64,000 bases of DNA from the human T2T-CHM13v2.0 reference genome, Homo sapiens. Of this stretch, positions 12,484 through 27,400 are shown piece after piece. Numbering within the stretch: the first letter of the stretch is position 1; every line of letters begins with the position of its first letter. The position numbers and the translations under genes were made by a program. The stretch lies in assembly GCF_009914755.1 (NCBI RefSeq), contig NC_060947.1. The stretch is one strand, 5' to 3'. A model generated the notes under the pieces. That model was not told where the DNA came from, did no database searches, and saw only the letters and a list, made by a program, of their open reading frames with translations.

Positions 12484-15400
12484 TGCCCTCCATCATTATA
12501 AAAATAGAGTCACCTCATTGAACCCAGGCATTCTAATGAAAGAGACTTATGGCCGACCTAATGATAGAGACTCATGGTCAAACCAAGGTATTTCAATGAT
12601 AGAGACATCTGGGCAACCTTAATCAATCTAAGGACAGAGACACCTTCCCGACCCAAGGTATTCTAACGGGAGAGACTCGTGGCTGACACCAAACTTTCTA
12701 ACAGGAGAGACTCCTGGCCTACCACAGGCATTCTAATGGTAGAGAAACTTGTGCAAACTTGGTCATTCTAAAAATAGAGCCACCTCATGAACCCCAGGCA
12801 TTCTAATGGGAGATACTCCTGTCTGACCACAGGCATTCTAAGGATAGAGACACCTAGCTAATCAAAGGAATTCTAATGGGAGAGACTACTGGCCTACCCA
12901 AGGAATTGTAATGATAAAGATCCCTGGCCACCCCAGGCATTCTAATGGTAAAGGAAACTGGTTGACCTCAGGAATTCTAATATTAGAGACGCCTGTGCTA
13001 CCTCAGTCATTCTAATGATTGAGAGAACTGGCAGACCCCAGGCATTATAATTTGAGAGACTCCTGGTTGACCCCAGGAATTCTAGTGATAGAGACCCTGG
13101 CCTTCACCAGGTATTGTAATGATAGAAACACCTGCGTGACCTCAGGCATTCTGACAACAGATACTCCTGCCCAACCCCAGGCATTCTAATAAAGAGACAC
13201 CTGGGCGACATCAGTCATTCTAAGGATAGAGACACGCGGCCCAAGGCAGGCATTCCAATGACAGAGTCCTGGCCGACCGAAGGCATTCTAATAATAGAGA
13301 CTCCTGGCCTAACTAAGAAATTCTAATGATAGAGACACCTGTGTGACCTTAGGCATTCTAAAGATAGAGACACCTGGCTGACTACAGGCATTCTAATAAT
13401 AGAGACATCTGGGCGACGTCAGGCATTCTATTGTTAGAGACACCTGGAAAATCCCTGACATTACAATGAGACTCCTGGCCTATTCAAGACATTCTAATAC
13501 TAGAGACACCTGGCGGATCTCAGCCATTTTAAGGATAGAGACACCAGGTAGACCACAGGCATTCTAATGGGAGAGACTCCTGGCCAACCTCAGGAATTCT
13601 AATGTTAGAGAACCAGAGAGACTCTTAGTCAACCCCAGGCATTCTAATGATAGAGACTCTTGGACGAATCCAGACATTCCAATGATAGAGACACCTGGGG
13701 GATATCAGGCAATAAAAGGATAGAGACAACTGGCCAAACCCAGGCATTCTTATGATAGAAACTCCTGGGCTACCCCAGGCATTCTAAGGATAGAGACACC
13801 TGGCCCAATCAGGCATTCTATTGGGAGAGACTCCTGGCCAATCCTAGGTATCCTAACGGTAGAGAATCCGAGCTGACCACAGGCATTCTAATGATAGAGA
13901 CAGCCGGGTGACCTCAGGCATTCTAAAGGTAGAGACACCTGCTTGACCCAGACTTTCTAATGCGACTTCTTTCCGACCCCAGACATTGTAATGGTAGAGA
14001 CACCAGGGCGACCCCACCATTCTAAGGATAAAGACACCTGGCCAACCCCAAGCATTCTAACGGGAGACATGTGGCCAACTTCAGACATTCTAATGACAGA
14101 GACTTATGGTCTAGCCCAGGCATTCTAGTGATAGAAATACCAGTGCGACCTCAAGCATTTTTAAGATGAAGAAATTTGGCCAACCCCAGGCATTCCAACG
14201 GGAGAGACTCCAGGCCAAAAACAAATATTCTAATGATAGAGACTCATGGCCTAGCCCAGGCATTCTAATGATAGAGGTAACTGACTGACTTCAGGAATTG
14301 TAAGGATAGAGAAACCTGGATGATCCCAGGCATTCTAACGGGGGAGACTTCTGTCCCTACCCATGCATTCTAGTAGATAAAGAAGCCTGGCCTAACCCAG
14401 GCATTCTAATGACAGAGACACCTATGCGACCTCAGGCATTTTAAGGATAGAGACACCTTGCCGACTGCAGGCATTTAAATGGAAGATTCTCCTGGCCGAC
14501 CCCAGGCATTCTTAAGGGAGAGACTCCTGCCATACCCCAGACATTCTAATTTTAGAGACAATTCTGAGACCTCAGCCATTCTAAGGCTAGAGACACTTCA
14601 CTGACCTCAGTTATCCTGACAAGAGAGACTCCTGGCTGAACCTTGGCATTTAATGATAGACACAGCTGGGGAAACACAAGCATTCTAAAGATAGAGACAC
14701 TGGGCTGAACTGAAGCATTCTAACAACAGAGACTTTTGGTGGACCCCTGGCATTCTAACAGGAGAGGGCCCTGGCCAAATCCAGGATATGTAATGATAGA
14801 GACTCCAGGCCTACTCCAAGCATTCTGATGATAGAGATTCCTTGATGACCTCAGGCATTCTAAGAATAGAGACACGTGGCCAACTCAAGGCATTCTAATG
14901 GGAGATATCCCTGGTTGACCCCAGGCATTCTAATGATAGAGACTTCTGCCCTACCCCAGGCATTATAATGTTAGAGACACCTGTGCACACTCAGGCATTT
15001 TAAAAGTGTGACACCTGGCAAGCCCCAGGCATTTTAATGATAGAGACACCTGGCCTGCCCCAGGAATTTTAAAATGAGAGACTCCTGGCTGACCCCAGAC
15101 AATCCAATGGTAGAGATACCTCACCTACCACAGGTAATGATAGAGACACCTATGGGACCTGAGGCATTCTAAGGATAGAAACACCTGGCCGACCCCAGGC
15201 ATTCAAATGGGAGAGACTACTGGCCAATACTAGACATTATAACAAGAGAGTCCACTGGCCGACCCCAGGCATTCTAATGGTAGAGATTCCTGGCTGACCC
15301 CAGGCATTCTAATGATAGAGCCACCTGGGGGAACTCAGGCATTCTCAGAATAAAGTCATCTGGTCGAACCCAGGCATTCTAATGGGAGACAATGCTGGCC

Positions 15401-18400
15401 CACCCTTGGCATTCTAAAGATAGCGACACCGGGGCGATCACAGGCATTCTGAAGATAGAGACACCTGGCTGAACCGAGGCATCCTAGCAGTGGAAACTTT
15501 TGGTGGAACCACGGCATTCTAACAGGAGAGAGTCCTGGCCAACCCCAGGCATTCTAATGACAGACAGTCCTGGCCTACCGCAAACATTCCAGTGATAGTG
15601 ACACCTGTGATACCTCAGGCATTCTAGGTATAGAAAAACCTGGCCGATTTCAGGTATCACTCTGATGGTAGAGACAAATGTGCGATCTTAAGCATTCTAA
15701 AAATAGAGACACCTGGCTGACTGATGCATTCTAATGGGGAGACTGCTGGTGGACCCTTGATTTTCTAAGAAAACAGACTCCTGGCAAATTCCAGGCATTC
15801 GAATGATAGAGACTCCTGGCCAATCCCAGGCAATCTAAGGATAAAGACACTTGTGCGACCTCATACATTCTAAGTTTAGAGATACCTGGCTGACCCCAGG
15901 CATTCTAATGTTAGAGATTCCTGGTCAACCCGAGGCATTCTAATTATAGAGACTACTGGCCGACACCTGACATTCTAATGATAGAGACACCTGGGCAACC
16001 ACAAGCATTCTAATGGGAGGTACTCTTGGCTAATTCTAGGAATTCTAATGATAGAAACTCCTGGCCTAACCCAGGCGTTCTAACGTTAGAGACACCTCTG
16101 CAACCTCAGGCATTCTAAAGATAGAGAAACCTGGCAAACCCCAGGCATTCTAATGGAAAAGACTCCTGGACGACCCTAGGAAATCTAATGTTAGAGACAC
16201 CTCTGAGACCTCAGGCATTCTAATGATGGAGAAACCTCGCCAATTCCAGTCATGCTAATGAAAGGGACTCTTGGCCGAACCCAGGCGTTCTAATGACAAA
16301 GACACCTGGGCAACATCACGCATTGTAAGGATAGAGACACCTGAATAGCCCATACATTCTAGTGGTAGAGACTCCTGGCATACTCCAGGCATTCTAATGA
16401 TAGACTTCTGGCTGTTCTCAGGCGTTCTTATGATATAGACACCTGGGTGACCTCAGCCATTCTAAGGATGGGGGAACACATCGTCAACCCCAGTCATTCA
16501 AACAGGAGAGACTCCTGGCCAACTTAAGGCACTCTAATGATAGAGAATCCTGGCCTATTCCAGGCATTCTAATGATAAAGAAAGCTGTGCAACATGAGAC
16601 ATTCTAAGAATAGAGACACATGGCTGACCCCAGGTATTCTAAAGGGAGAGATTGCTGGCAGAACCTATGCATTCTAAATGAAGAGACTACTGGCTGACCC
16701 TAGGGATTCTAATGATAGAGACAACTGGGCAACCTCCCACATTTTAAAGATAAAGACCCCTGGCCAATTCAATGCATTCTAATGGAAGAGACTCCTGGCA
16801 GACCCCCGGCATTGTAAGGGGAGAGAGTCCTTGCCAACCATAGGCATTCTAATGATAGAGACTCCTGGCCTACCGAAGGTGTGCTAATGATAGAGACAAC
16901 TGTTCCACCTCAGGCATTCTAAGGATAGAGACACCAGCCCAAATTTGGAAATTCTAATGAAAGAGACTCCTGGCTGAAACCAAACATTCTAGTGATAAAG
17001 ACCCCTGGCCAACCTCAGGCATTCTAGTGATAGAAACTCCTGGGCCACCCGAGGCATTCTAAGGGTAGAGACACCTGGCTGACCACAGGCATTCTAACGG
17101 GACAGACAGCTGGTCAACCCCAAATATACTAATAATAGAGACACCTGGAAGACCTCAGGCATTCTAAGGATGAAGACACCTGAAAAACTCCAGCATTCTA
17201 ACGGGATGGACTCCTGGCCAATGACAGGCATTCTAACTGGAGAGACTTCTGGCCAACCCCAAGCATTTAAATGGGAAAGACTTCTGTCTGACCCCAAGCA
17301 TCCTAATTATGGAGACTCCTGGCCAAACCCAGGCATTCTAATGATAGAGACTCCTGGCTTTCCCCAAATATTCTAATGATAAACACACTTGTGGGAACTC
17401 AGGCATACTAAGGATAGAGACATCTGGCAGAACTCAGTCATTCTAAGGGGAGAGACTCCTGGCCAACCTGTTATTCTAACAAGAGATACTCCTGACCATC
17501 CCTAGGCATTCTAATTATAAAGAATCCTGGCCAATCCCAGGCATACTAATAATAGAGACACCTAAGGAACCTCAGGCATTCTAAGGATGAAGACACTTGG
17601 CCGACACCAGCCATTCCAATGGGAGAGATTCCTGGACAAACCCAGGCATGTTAATGGAAGAGACTCCTGTCTGACCCCCGGCATTCTAATTATAGAAACT
17701 CCTGGCCTACCACAAGTGCTCTAATGATAGAGGCACCTGTGAGACTTCAGGCATTCTAAAGCCAGAGACACCTGGCAGACATCAGGTGGGAGCCTTTTGG
17801 CAAACCCCAGGCCTTCTAATGATAGACTCCTGGCTGACCCCTGGCATTCTAATGATAGAGTCATCTTGGGGACCAGAGTCATTCTAAGGTTACCCTAGGT
17901 ATGCTAATGGCTTAACCGAGGCATTCTAATGATAGAGAATCCTGGCCAACCCCAGGCATTCAAATGGTATAGACACCTAAGTGACCTCAGGCATTCTAAG
18001 TGTAGAGACACCTTGTGACCCCAAACATTCTATCGGGGGAGTCAACTGGCTGAACCCAGGCATTCTAATGATAAAGACTCCTGGACGACCCTAGGCATTT
18101 TAATGATAGAGACACCTGTGTTACCTCAGTCATTGTAAGGATAGAGACACCTAGCCAACCCCAGTCATTGTAAGGATAGAGACACTTGGCCAACCCTGGC
18201 ATTCTAACAAGAGAGACTCTTAGCAGACTTCAGGCATTCTAATGATGGAGACTCCTGGCCTACCCCAGGTATTATAATGATAGAGACACCTGTGCAACCT
18301 CAGGCTTTGTAAGAAGAGACACACCTGGCTGACCACAGGCATTCTAACAGAAGAGACTCCTGGATGATCCAAGGCATTCTCACGGGAGAGACTCCTAAGT

Positions 18401-21400
18401 GAACTAAGGCATTCTAATGATAGAGACTCCTGGACGACCTCAGGCATCCAAAGGGTAGATACAACTGGCCAAACCCAGGCATTCTAACAAGAGAGACTCC
18501 TGGCTAACCCCAGGCATTCTAATGATAGAGACACCTGGGTGACATCAGGCAATATAAGCATAGAGACACCTGGCTGACCACAGGAATTCTAGTGGAAGAG
18601 ACTCCTAGTCGACCCCAGGCATTCGAATAATAGAGACTCATAGCCTACCCCAGGCATTCTAATTATAGCGTCACCTGTCTTACCTCAGACATTCTAAGGA
18701 TAGAGAAACCTGGCTCACTCCAGGCTTTCTGATGGGAGAGACTCCTTGCTGTACCCAGTCATTCTAACAGGAGAGACTCCTGGCCGACCCCGGCAATTCT
18801 AATAATAAAAACTCCTAGCCAACCCAAGGAATTCTAATGATAGAGACACCTGGGGTACCTCAGGCATTTTAAGGATAAAGACACCTGGTCATCCCCACAC
18901 ATTCCAATGGAAGAGACTCCTGGCCGACCCCAGGCATTCTAATGATACAGGCTCCTGCAATTCCCCAGGCATTCTAATCATTGAGACACCTGTTTGACAT
19001 CAGGCATTCTAAAAATAGAAATACCTGGTCAACCCAAGGCATGCTTATGATAGAGACATGTGGGGAAACTCACACATTCTAAAGATAAACACTCCTGGGC
19101 GACAGCAGGCATTCCAATGATAGAGAATGCTGGCATACACCAGGGATTATAATGATAGAGATACCTATTCAAACTTAGGCAATCTAAAAATAGAAACATC
19201 TGGCCAACACCAGGCATTATAATGGGAGAGGATCCTGGCCGACACCAGACATTCAAATGATTGAGATTCTCGGAAGACATTAGGCATTCTAATGACAGAA
19301 ACACCTGGGTGAATCCAGGCATTCTAAGGATAGAGACACCCGGTCGACCCCAAGCATTCTAATGGGATAGATTCATAGAGAACCACAGGCATTCTAATGA
19401 TAGAGACACTTAAGTGACCTCAGGCATTCTAAGCATGGAGACACCTTGACGACCATGGCTATTCTAATGGAAAAGACTCCTGGTGAAAACCAGGCATTCT
19501 AGTTATAGAGACTCCTAGACTACCCCATTCATTGTAATGGAAGAGAAACCTGTGTGACATCAGGCATTGTAAGGATAGAGACACCTGGTCGAACCCAGGC
19601 ATTTTAACGAGAGAGACTACTGGACAAGCACAGGCATTCTAATTATAGAGACTCCTGGCAGACCCCTGGCATTCTAAAGATAAAGACACCTGGGCGACCT
19701 GACCATTCTTATGGTCAAGGCATTCTAATCAGGCATTCTAATGGAAAGACTCCTGGCCAACCACAGGCATTCTAATAATAGAGACACCTGATCTAGTCCA
19801 GGCAATCTAATAATATAAAAACCTGTGCGACCTCAGGCATTCTAAGGATAGAGACACCTGACCGAACACAGGCATTCAAAATAAAGAGACTCCTTGCTGC
19901 CCCAGGTATTCTATTGGGAGAGACTTTTGGCTGACCACAGGCATTCTAATGATAAAGACTCCTGGCCAACTGCAGGCATTTTAACAATAGAGACACCTGA
20001 GAAAACTCAGCCATTCTAAAGATAGAGACACATGGCTGACACCAGACATTCTAACGTAAGAGACTGTTTCCCAACACAAGACATTCTAACGATAGAGACT
20101 TCTAGCCACCTTAGGCATTTTAATGAGAGAGACACCTTTGTGACCTCAGGCATTCTAAAAATAGGGACACCTGGTCAACCTCAGACATTCCAACGAGAGA
20201 GACAACTGGAAGACCACATGCATGCTAATGATAGAGACTCCTGGCCGACCATAGGCATTTTAATGATAGAGTCACCTGGGCGACCTCAGGCATTCTAAGG
20301 ATAGAGACACCAGGCTGACCCCAGGCATTCTAATGGGAAAGTCTCCTGGCCAAGCCCAGGCCTTCCAATGATAGAGACTTTTGGCCAAACCCAGGCATTC
20401 TAGTGATAGAGATACCTGGGTGACCCCAGGAAATCTATGGAAAGAGACACTGGGAATACCCCAGGCATTCTCAAGAGAGACACTCCTTGCTGACTTCATG
20501 TATTTTAATGATAGTGACTCCTGGCCTAACCCAGGTATTCTAATGATAGAGACATCTGGGCACCCTCAGACATTCTAAGAATAAAGACACATGCCCAACC
20601 CAGGCTTTCTAACAAGAGAGACACCTGGCCAACTCTAGGCTTTCTAATGGGAGAGATTCCTAGCTGAACCCAAGCATTCTAATGATACAGACTCCTGGGC
20701 AACCTCTGGCATTCTAAAAATATAGACACCACGCTGACACTAGGCACTCTAATGGGAGACACTCGTGGCTGACCACAGGCATTTGAATGATATAGATTTC
20801 TGACCTACCCCCGGTGCCCTTATGATGGAGACACCTGTGGGACATAAAGCATTCTAAGAATAAAGGCACCTGGCCGACCCCAGGCATTCTAACATGAGAG
20901 ACTCCTGGCCCACCCCAGGCATTCTAATGCGATAGACAACTGGGTAACATCAGGCATTCTAACAGTAAAGACACTGGGCTGACCCCAGGCAATATAATCG
21001 GAGAGAATCATGGCTTATCCCAGGCATTCAAATGATAAAGACTCCTGGCCTACCACAGGCATTCTAATGATAGAGACACCTGTTGTGACCTAAGGCATTC
21101 TAAGAATAGAGACATCTGGCTGGCCCCAGGCATTCTAACGGGAAAGAGCCCTTGTTGACCCTAGGCATTCTAATGAGAGAGACTTTGGCCAATCCCAGGC
21201 ACACTAATAATAGAGACACCTGGGTGACCTCAGAGATTCTCAGAATAGAGACAGCTGGCTGAACCCCAGGCATTCTAATAGGAGAGACTTTGGGCTGACC
21301 CCATGCATTCTAATGATAAATAAACCTGTGCAACCTCAGGCATTCTAAAGATAGAGACACGTGGCAGACCCCAGGCATTCTAATAGGAGAGCCTCCAGGC

Positions 21401-24400
21401 TGACCACAGGCATTCTACTGATAGATACTCTTAGCCTAAATTCCAGGCATTCCAATGATAGATACCTGTGTGACCTCATTCATTCTAAAGATGGATACAC
21501 CTGGCCAAGCCCAGGCATAGTAATGGGAGAGACTCCTGACCGACACCAGGCATTCTAATGATAGAGACTTCTGGCTGACCCCAGACACTCTAATGATAGA
21601 GACACCTGGGTGACCTCATAGATTCTAAGAATAAGGACAGCTGGCTGACACCAGGCATTCTAATGGGAGAGACTCCTGGCTGATCATAGGCATTCTAATG
21701 ATAGAGAGTCCTAGACTAACTTAGGCATTCTAATGACAGAGACAGATAGGCAACCTCAGGAAATCTGTAGATAAAGACACCTGGCCAACCCCAGGCATTC
21801 TAACAGAAGACACCAATTACCGACCCCAGACTTTCTAATGATAGAGACTTTTGGCCTACCACAGGCATTCTAATGATAGAGACGCCAGAGAGACTGCAGG
21901 CATTCTAAAGATGCTGACACCTGGCAAACCCAGGCATTATAACAGGAAAGATACCTGGCCAACCCTACACATTGAAATGGGAGAGATTCCTGGCCAATTG
22001 CATGCATTCTAATTATACAGACCCAAGGGTGACCTCAGGCATTTCAAAGATACAGACATCTGGCCCACCCTAGATGCTCTAACGGGAGAGACTCCTGGCT
22101 GACCACAGGCATAAGAATGATAGAGACTCCTGGCCTACCTCAGGTGCTCTAATGAAAAAGACTCCCGTGAGACCTCTAGCATTCTAAGGATAGGGACATC
22201 TGACTGACCCTAGGCATTCTAATGGAAGAGGCTCCTGGCTAACCCAAGAAATTCTAATGTGAAAGACTCCTGGCTGACCCCAGGAATTCTAATGGCAGAG
22301 ACACATGGGCGACATCAGGCATTTTAACAATAGAGACACCAGGACAACCCCAAGCATTCTAATGGAAAGACTAATGTGTGACCCCAAGCATTCCAATGAC
22401 AGATACTCTTGGACTGCCCAAGGCATTCTAATGATAGAGACACCTGGGCAACCTAAGGCGTGCTAAGGATAAAGACACCTGGCTGACAGAGACATTCTAA
22501 AGGGAAATAATCTTGGTCGACTCCAGGCATTCTAATGAGAAAGATTCATGGCCAACCTCAGGCATGTTTATGATAGAGACACCTGGGGGACCTCAGGCAT
22601 TCTAAAAATAGAGACACCTGGCTGATCTCAGGCATAATGACGGGAGTGACTACTGGGATTCCCCAGGCATTCTAACGATAGAAACACATGTTTGACATCA
22701 GGCATTTTAAAAATAGAAACACCTGTCCTACCCCAGACAAACTTAAGATAGAGACACATGAGGAACCTCACACATTCTAAAAATAAACACTCCTGGCCAA
22801 TCCCAGGCATTCCAATGATAGAGACTGCTGGCATACACCAGACATTCTAATGATAGAGACACCTGTGAAACATAAAGCATTCCAAGAATAAAGACCCCTG
22901 GCTGAACCCAGGCATTCTAATAAGAGAGACTCCTGGCTGACCACAGGCATTCTAACGGGAGAGACTCCTGGCCGACCCCACGCTTTCTAATGCTATAGGC
23001 AACTGGGCTACATCAGGCATTCTAACAAAAGAGACTCCTGGCTGACCCCAGGTGTTCTAATGGGAAAAACTCCTGGTTCACCCCAGGCATTCTAATGAGA
23101 GAGAGTTTTGGCCAACCCCAGGCATACTAATGATAGAGATACCTGGGTGATCTCAGAGATTCTAAGAATAGAGACAGCTGGCTGACCCCAGGCATTTTAA
23201 TGGGAGAGACTCCTGGTTGACCCCAGTAGTTCTAATGATTGAGAAACTTGGGCGACCTCAGGCATTTTAAGGATAGAGAAAACTGGCTGATGCCAGGCAT
23301 TCTAAAGACACCTGGATGACCCCAGGCATTCTAACAAAAGACACCCCTTGCCAAACCCAGGTATTCTAATGATAGAGACTTTGGGCCTACTCCAGGCATT
23401 CTAATGAAAGAGACACCAGAGGAACCGCAGGCATTCTAAAAATACCAACACCTGGCCAACCCAGGCATTATAACAGAAAAGACACCTGGCCAACGCTAGA
23501 CATTCTCACGGGAGAGATTCCTGGCCGACTGCAAGCATTCTAATCATACAGACCCCTGGGCGACCTCAGGCATTTCAATGATACAGACACCTGGGCCACC
23601 CCAGGCACTCTAATGGGAGAGACTCCTGGCTGACCACAGGCATAAGAATGATAGAGACTCCTAGCCTACCTCAGGTGCTCTAATGAAAAAGACACCTGTG
23701 AGACAGTAGCATTCTAAGGATAGAGACACCTGACTGAGCCCAGGCATTCTAACAGGACAGACTCATGGCCTACCAGAGGCATCCTAATGATAGAGATACC
23801 TGTGTGACCTAAGGCATTCTAAGGTTAAAGACCCCTGGCTGACCCCAGGCATTCTAATGGGAAAGGCTCCTGGTCGATCCCAGGCATTCTAATGAGAGAG
23901 ACTTTTGGCCAGCCCCAGGCATACTAATGATAGAAACACCTGGGTGACCTCAGAGATTCTAAGAATAGAGATAAGCTGGCTGACCCAATACATGCTAACA
24001 GGAGAGACTCCTGGTCGACCTCAGGCATTCTAATGGGAGAGACTACTGGCTGACCCCAGCCATTCTAATGATAGAGACACTTGGGCAACCTCAGAGATTC
24101 TAAGAATAGAGACAAGCTGGCTGACCCAATACATGCTAACAGGAGAGACTCCTGGTCGACCTCAGGCATTCTAATGGGAGAGACTCCTGGCTGACCCCAG
24201 CCATTCTAATCATAGAGACACTTGGGCAACCTCAGGCATTATAAGGATAGAGAAACCTGGCCGACCCCGGGCATTCTAACAAAAGACACCCCTTGCCGAC
24301 CCCAGGTATTATAATGACAGAGACTTTTGGCCTACCCCAGGCATTCTAATGATAGAGATGCCAAAGCGACCACAGGCATTCTAAAAATACTGACACCTGG

Positions 24401-27400
24401 CCAACCCAGGCATTATAAAAGGAAAGACACCTGGACATTTCTAGGCATTCTATTGGGAGAGATTTCTGGCTGACTGCATCCATTCTAATTATACAGACCC
24501 ATGGGCGACCCCAGGCATTTCAATGATAGAGACATTTGTCCCACCCCAGGCACTCTAACGGGAGAGTCTCCTGGCTGACCACAGGCATAAGAATGATAGA
24601 GACTCCTGGCCTACCTCAGGCACTCTAATGAAAAGACACCTGTGAGACTGTAGCATTCTAAGGATAGAGACACCTGAGTGACCCCAGGCATTCTAACGGG
24701 GGAGACTCATGGCTGACCCCAGGCATTCAAGCCATAGAGACTCCTGGCCTACCACAGGCATTCTAATGATAGAGATACGTGTGTGACCTAAGGCATTCTA
24801 AGGATAGAGACCCCGACTAACCCCAGGCATTCTAACAGGAAAGACTCCTGGTCGACCCCAGGCATTCTAATGAGAGAGACTTTTGGCCAACCCCAGGCAT
24901 ACTAATGATAGAGACACCTAGATGGCCTCAGAGATTCTAAGAATATAGGCTGCTGGCCAATGCCAGGCATTCTAACAGGACAGACTCCTGGCTGATACCA
25001 GCCATTCTAATGATAGAGACACTTGGGCGACCTCAGGCATTTTAAGGATAGAGAAACCTGGCCCACCCCAGGCATTCTAAAGACACCTGGCTGACCCCAG
25101 GCATTCTGACAAAAGACACCCCTTGCCAACCCCAGGCATTCTAACAATAGAGACTTTGGGCCTACCCCAGGCATTCTAATGATAGAGACACCAGAGCAAC
25201 CTCAGGCATTCTAAAAAGACCAACACCTGGCCAACCCAGGCATTATAATAGGAAAGACATCTGGCCAACCCTAGACATTCTAATAGGAGAGATTCCTGGC
25301 TGACTCCATGCATTCTAATTATACAGACCCATGGGTGAACTTAGGCATTTCAATGATAAAGATGCATGGCCCACCCCAGGCACTTTAACAGGAGAGACTC
25401 CTGGCTGACCACAGGCATAAGAATGACAGACTCCTGGTCTACATCAGGTTCTCTAATGAAAAAGACACCTGTGAGACCTGTAGCATTCTAAGGATATAGA
25501 CGCCTGACCAACCCCAGGCATTCTGATGGGAAAAACTCCTAGCCAACCTCAGGAATTCTAATGGGAGAGACTCTTGGCCGACCCCAGGAATTCTAATGGT
25601 AGAGACACCTGGGCAACATCAGGCATTCTAACAATACAGACACTGGGCCAACCCCAGGCATCTAACGGAAAAGTTTAATGGGTGACCCCAAGCATTCCAA
25701 TGATAAAGACTCATGCCCAAACACAGGCATTCTAACGGGAAAGACTCCTGGTCGACCACAGGCATTCTCATAAAAGAGACACCTGGACATCCCCAGGAAT
25801 TCTAATGATAGAGAAACCTGGGCGACCTCAGGCATTCTAAAAATGGAGACACCTGGCTGACCCCAGGCATTCTAACCAAAGAGACTTATGGCTGAACCCA
25901 GGCATTCTAATTATAGAGCCTCAAGGCCAACTCCAGGCATTCTAATGATAGAGACACCTAGGTGAGCTCACCATTCTAATGATAGACACAACTGGCCAAC
26001 CCCAGGCATTCTAATGGGAGAGACTCCTGGCCGAGCCCAGACATACTAACAATAAAAACTTCTGGCTTAGCCCAGGCACTCTAATGATAAAGACACCTGA
26101 GCAACCTCAGGCATTTTTAGGATAAAGACACCTGGCTGAACCCAGGCATTCTATCGATAGAGAATCCAAAGTGAACCAGGCATTCCAATGATAGAGACTC
26201 CTGAATGATTCTAAACATTCTAATGATAGAGACACCTGGGTAACCTCAGGCATTCTAAGGATACAGACACATGGCTGAACCCAGGATTTCTAATGGGAGA
26301 GACTCCTTGTGGACCAAAGGCATTCTAATGATAAGAGACACCTCCCTGATATCAGGCATTCTAAGGATGAAGGCACCTTGGCTCACCACAGGTATTCCAA
26401 TGGGAGGGACTCCTGATTGACACCAGGGATTCTAATGGGAGAAGACTCCTGTCCAACCACAGGCATTCTCATGAGAGAGACTCTTCACTGATCCCAGGCA
26501 CTTTAGCGATAGAGACACCTGGGCAACCTCACCATTCTAAGGATAGAGACACCTAGCAAACTTCAGGCATTCTAAAAAGAGAGGCTCCTGGCCGACATTA
26601 GGCTTCCTAATATTAAAGACTCCTGTCTTATTTCAAAAGTTCTAATGAGACACACCTTTGTGACCTCAGGCATTCAATGGATAGTGACAACTGGTCAACC
26701 ATAGGCATTCTACCAAAAGAGACTTCTGACCAACCCCAAGCATTTGAATGATAGAGACTCCTGGCCAACCCAGGCACTCTAATGATAGAGAATTATGTGA
26801 AATCTCAAGCATTCTAAAAATAGAGAAACCTGGCTGACCCCAGGCATTCTAACAGGAGAAATTTCTGGCAAACCACAGGCATTCTAATGATAGTGACATC
26901 TGGGCGACATTAGGCATTCTAAGGATAGAGACTCCTGGATGACACCAGGCATTCTAATGAAAGAGGGTTTTCACTGACCCCAGGCATTCTAGTGGGAGAG
27001 ACTCCTGGCCTACACCAGGCATTCTAAGGTTAGAGACACCTCTGAGACCTCAGGCATTCTAAAGATAGAGACATGTCTTCAAATGATGTCATTCTAATGG
27101 GAGACCCTCCTGGTGGACCCCAGGCATTCTAACAGGAGAGACTCCTGGCCAAACCTAGGCATTCTAATAATAGAAACAACTGGGCAATTTCAGGCATTCT
27201 ATGGATAGATAGAGATTCCATGCATACCCTAGGCATTTTAATGACAGAGACTCCTGGCCATTTCCAGGCAGTCTAATGATATAGACACCTGGGAAAATTC
27301 TGGCATTCTAGGGATGGAGACACATCATCAACCCCACAGCCATCCTAGCAAGAGAGATTCCTGGCCAACCCAAGGCATTTTAATGATAGAGATCCATGGC

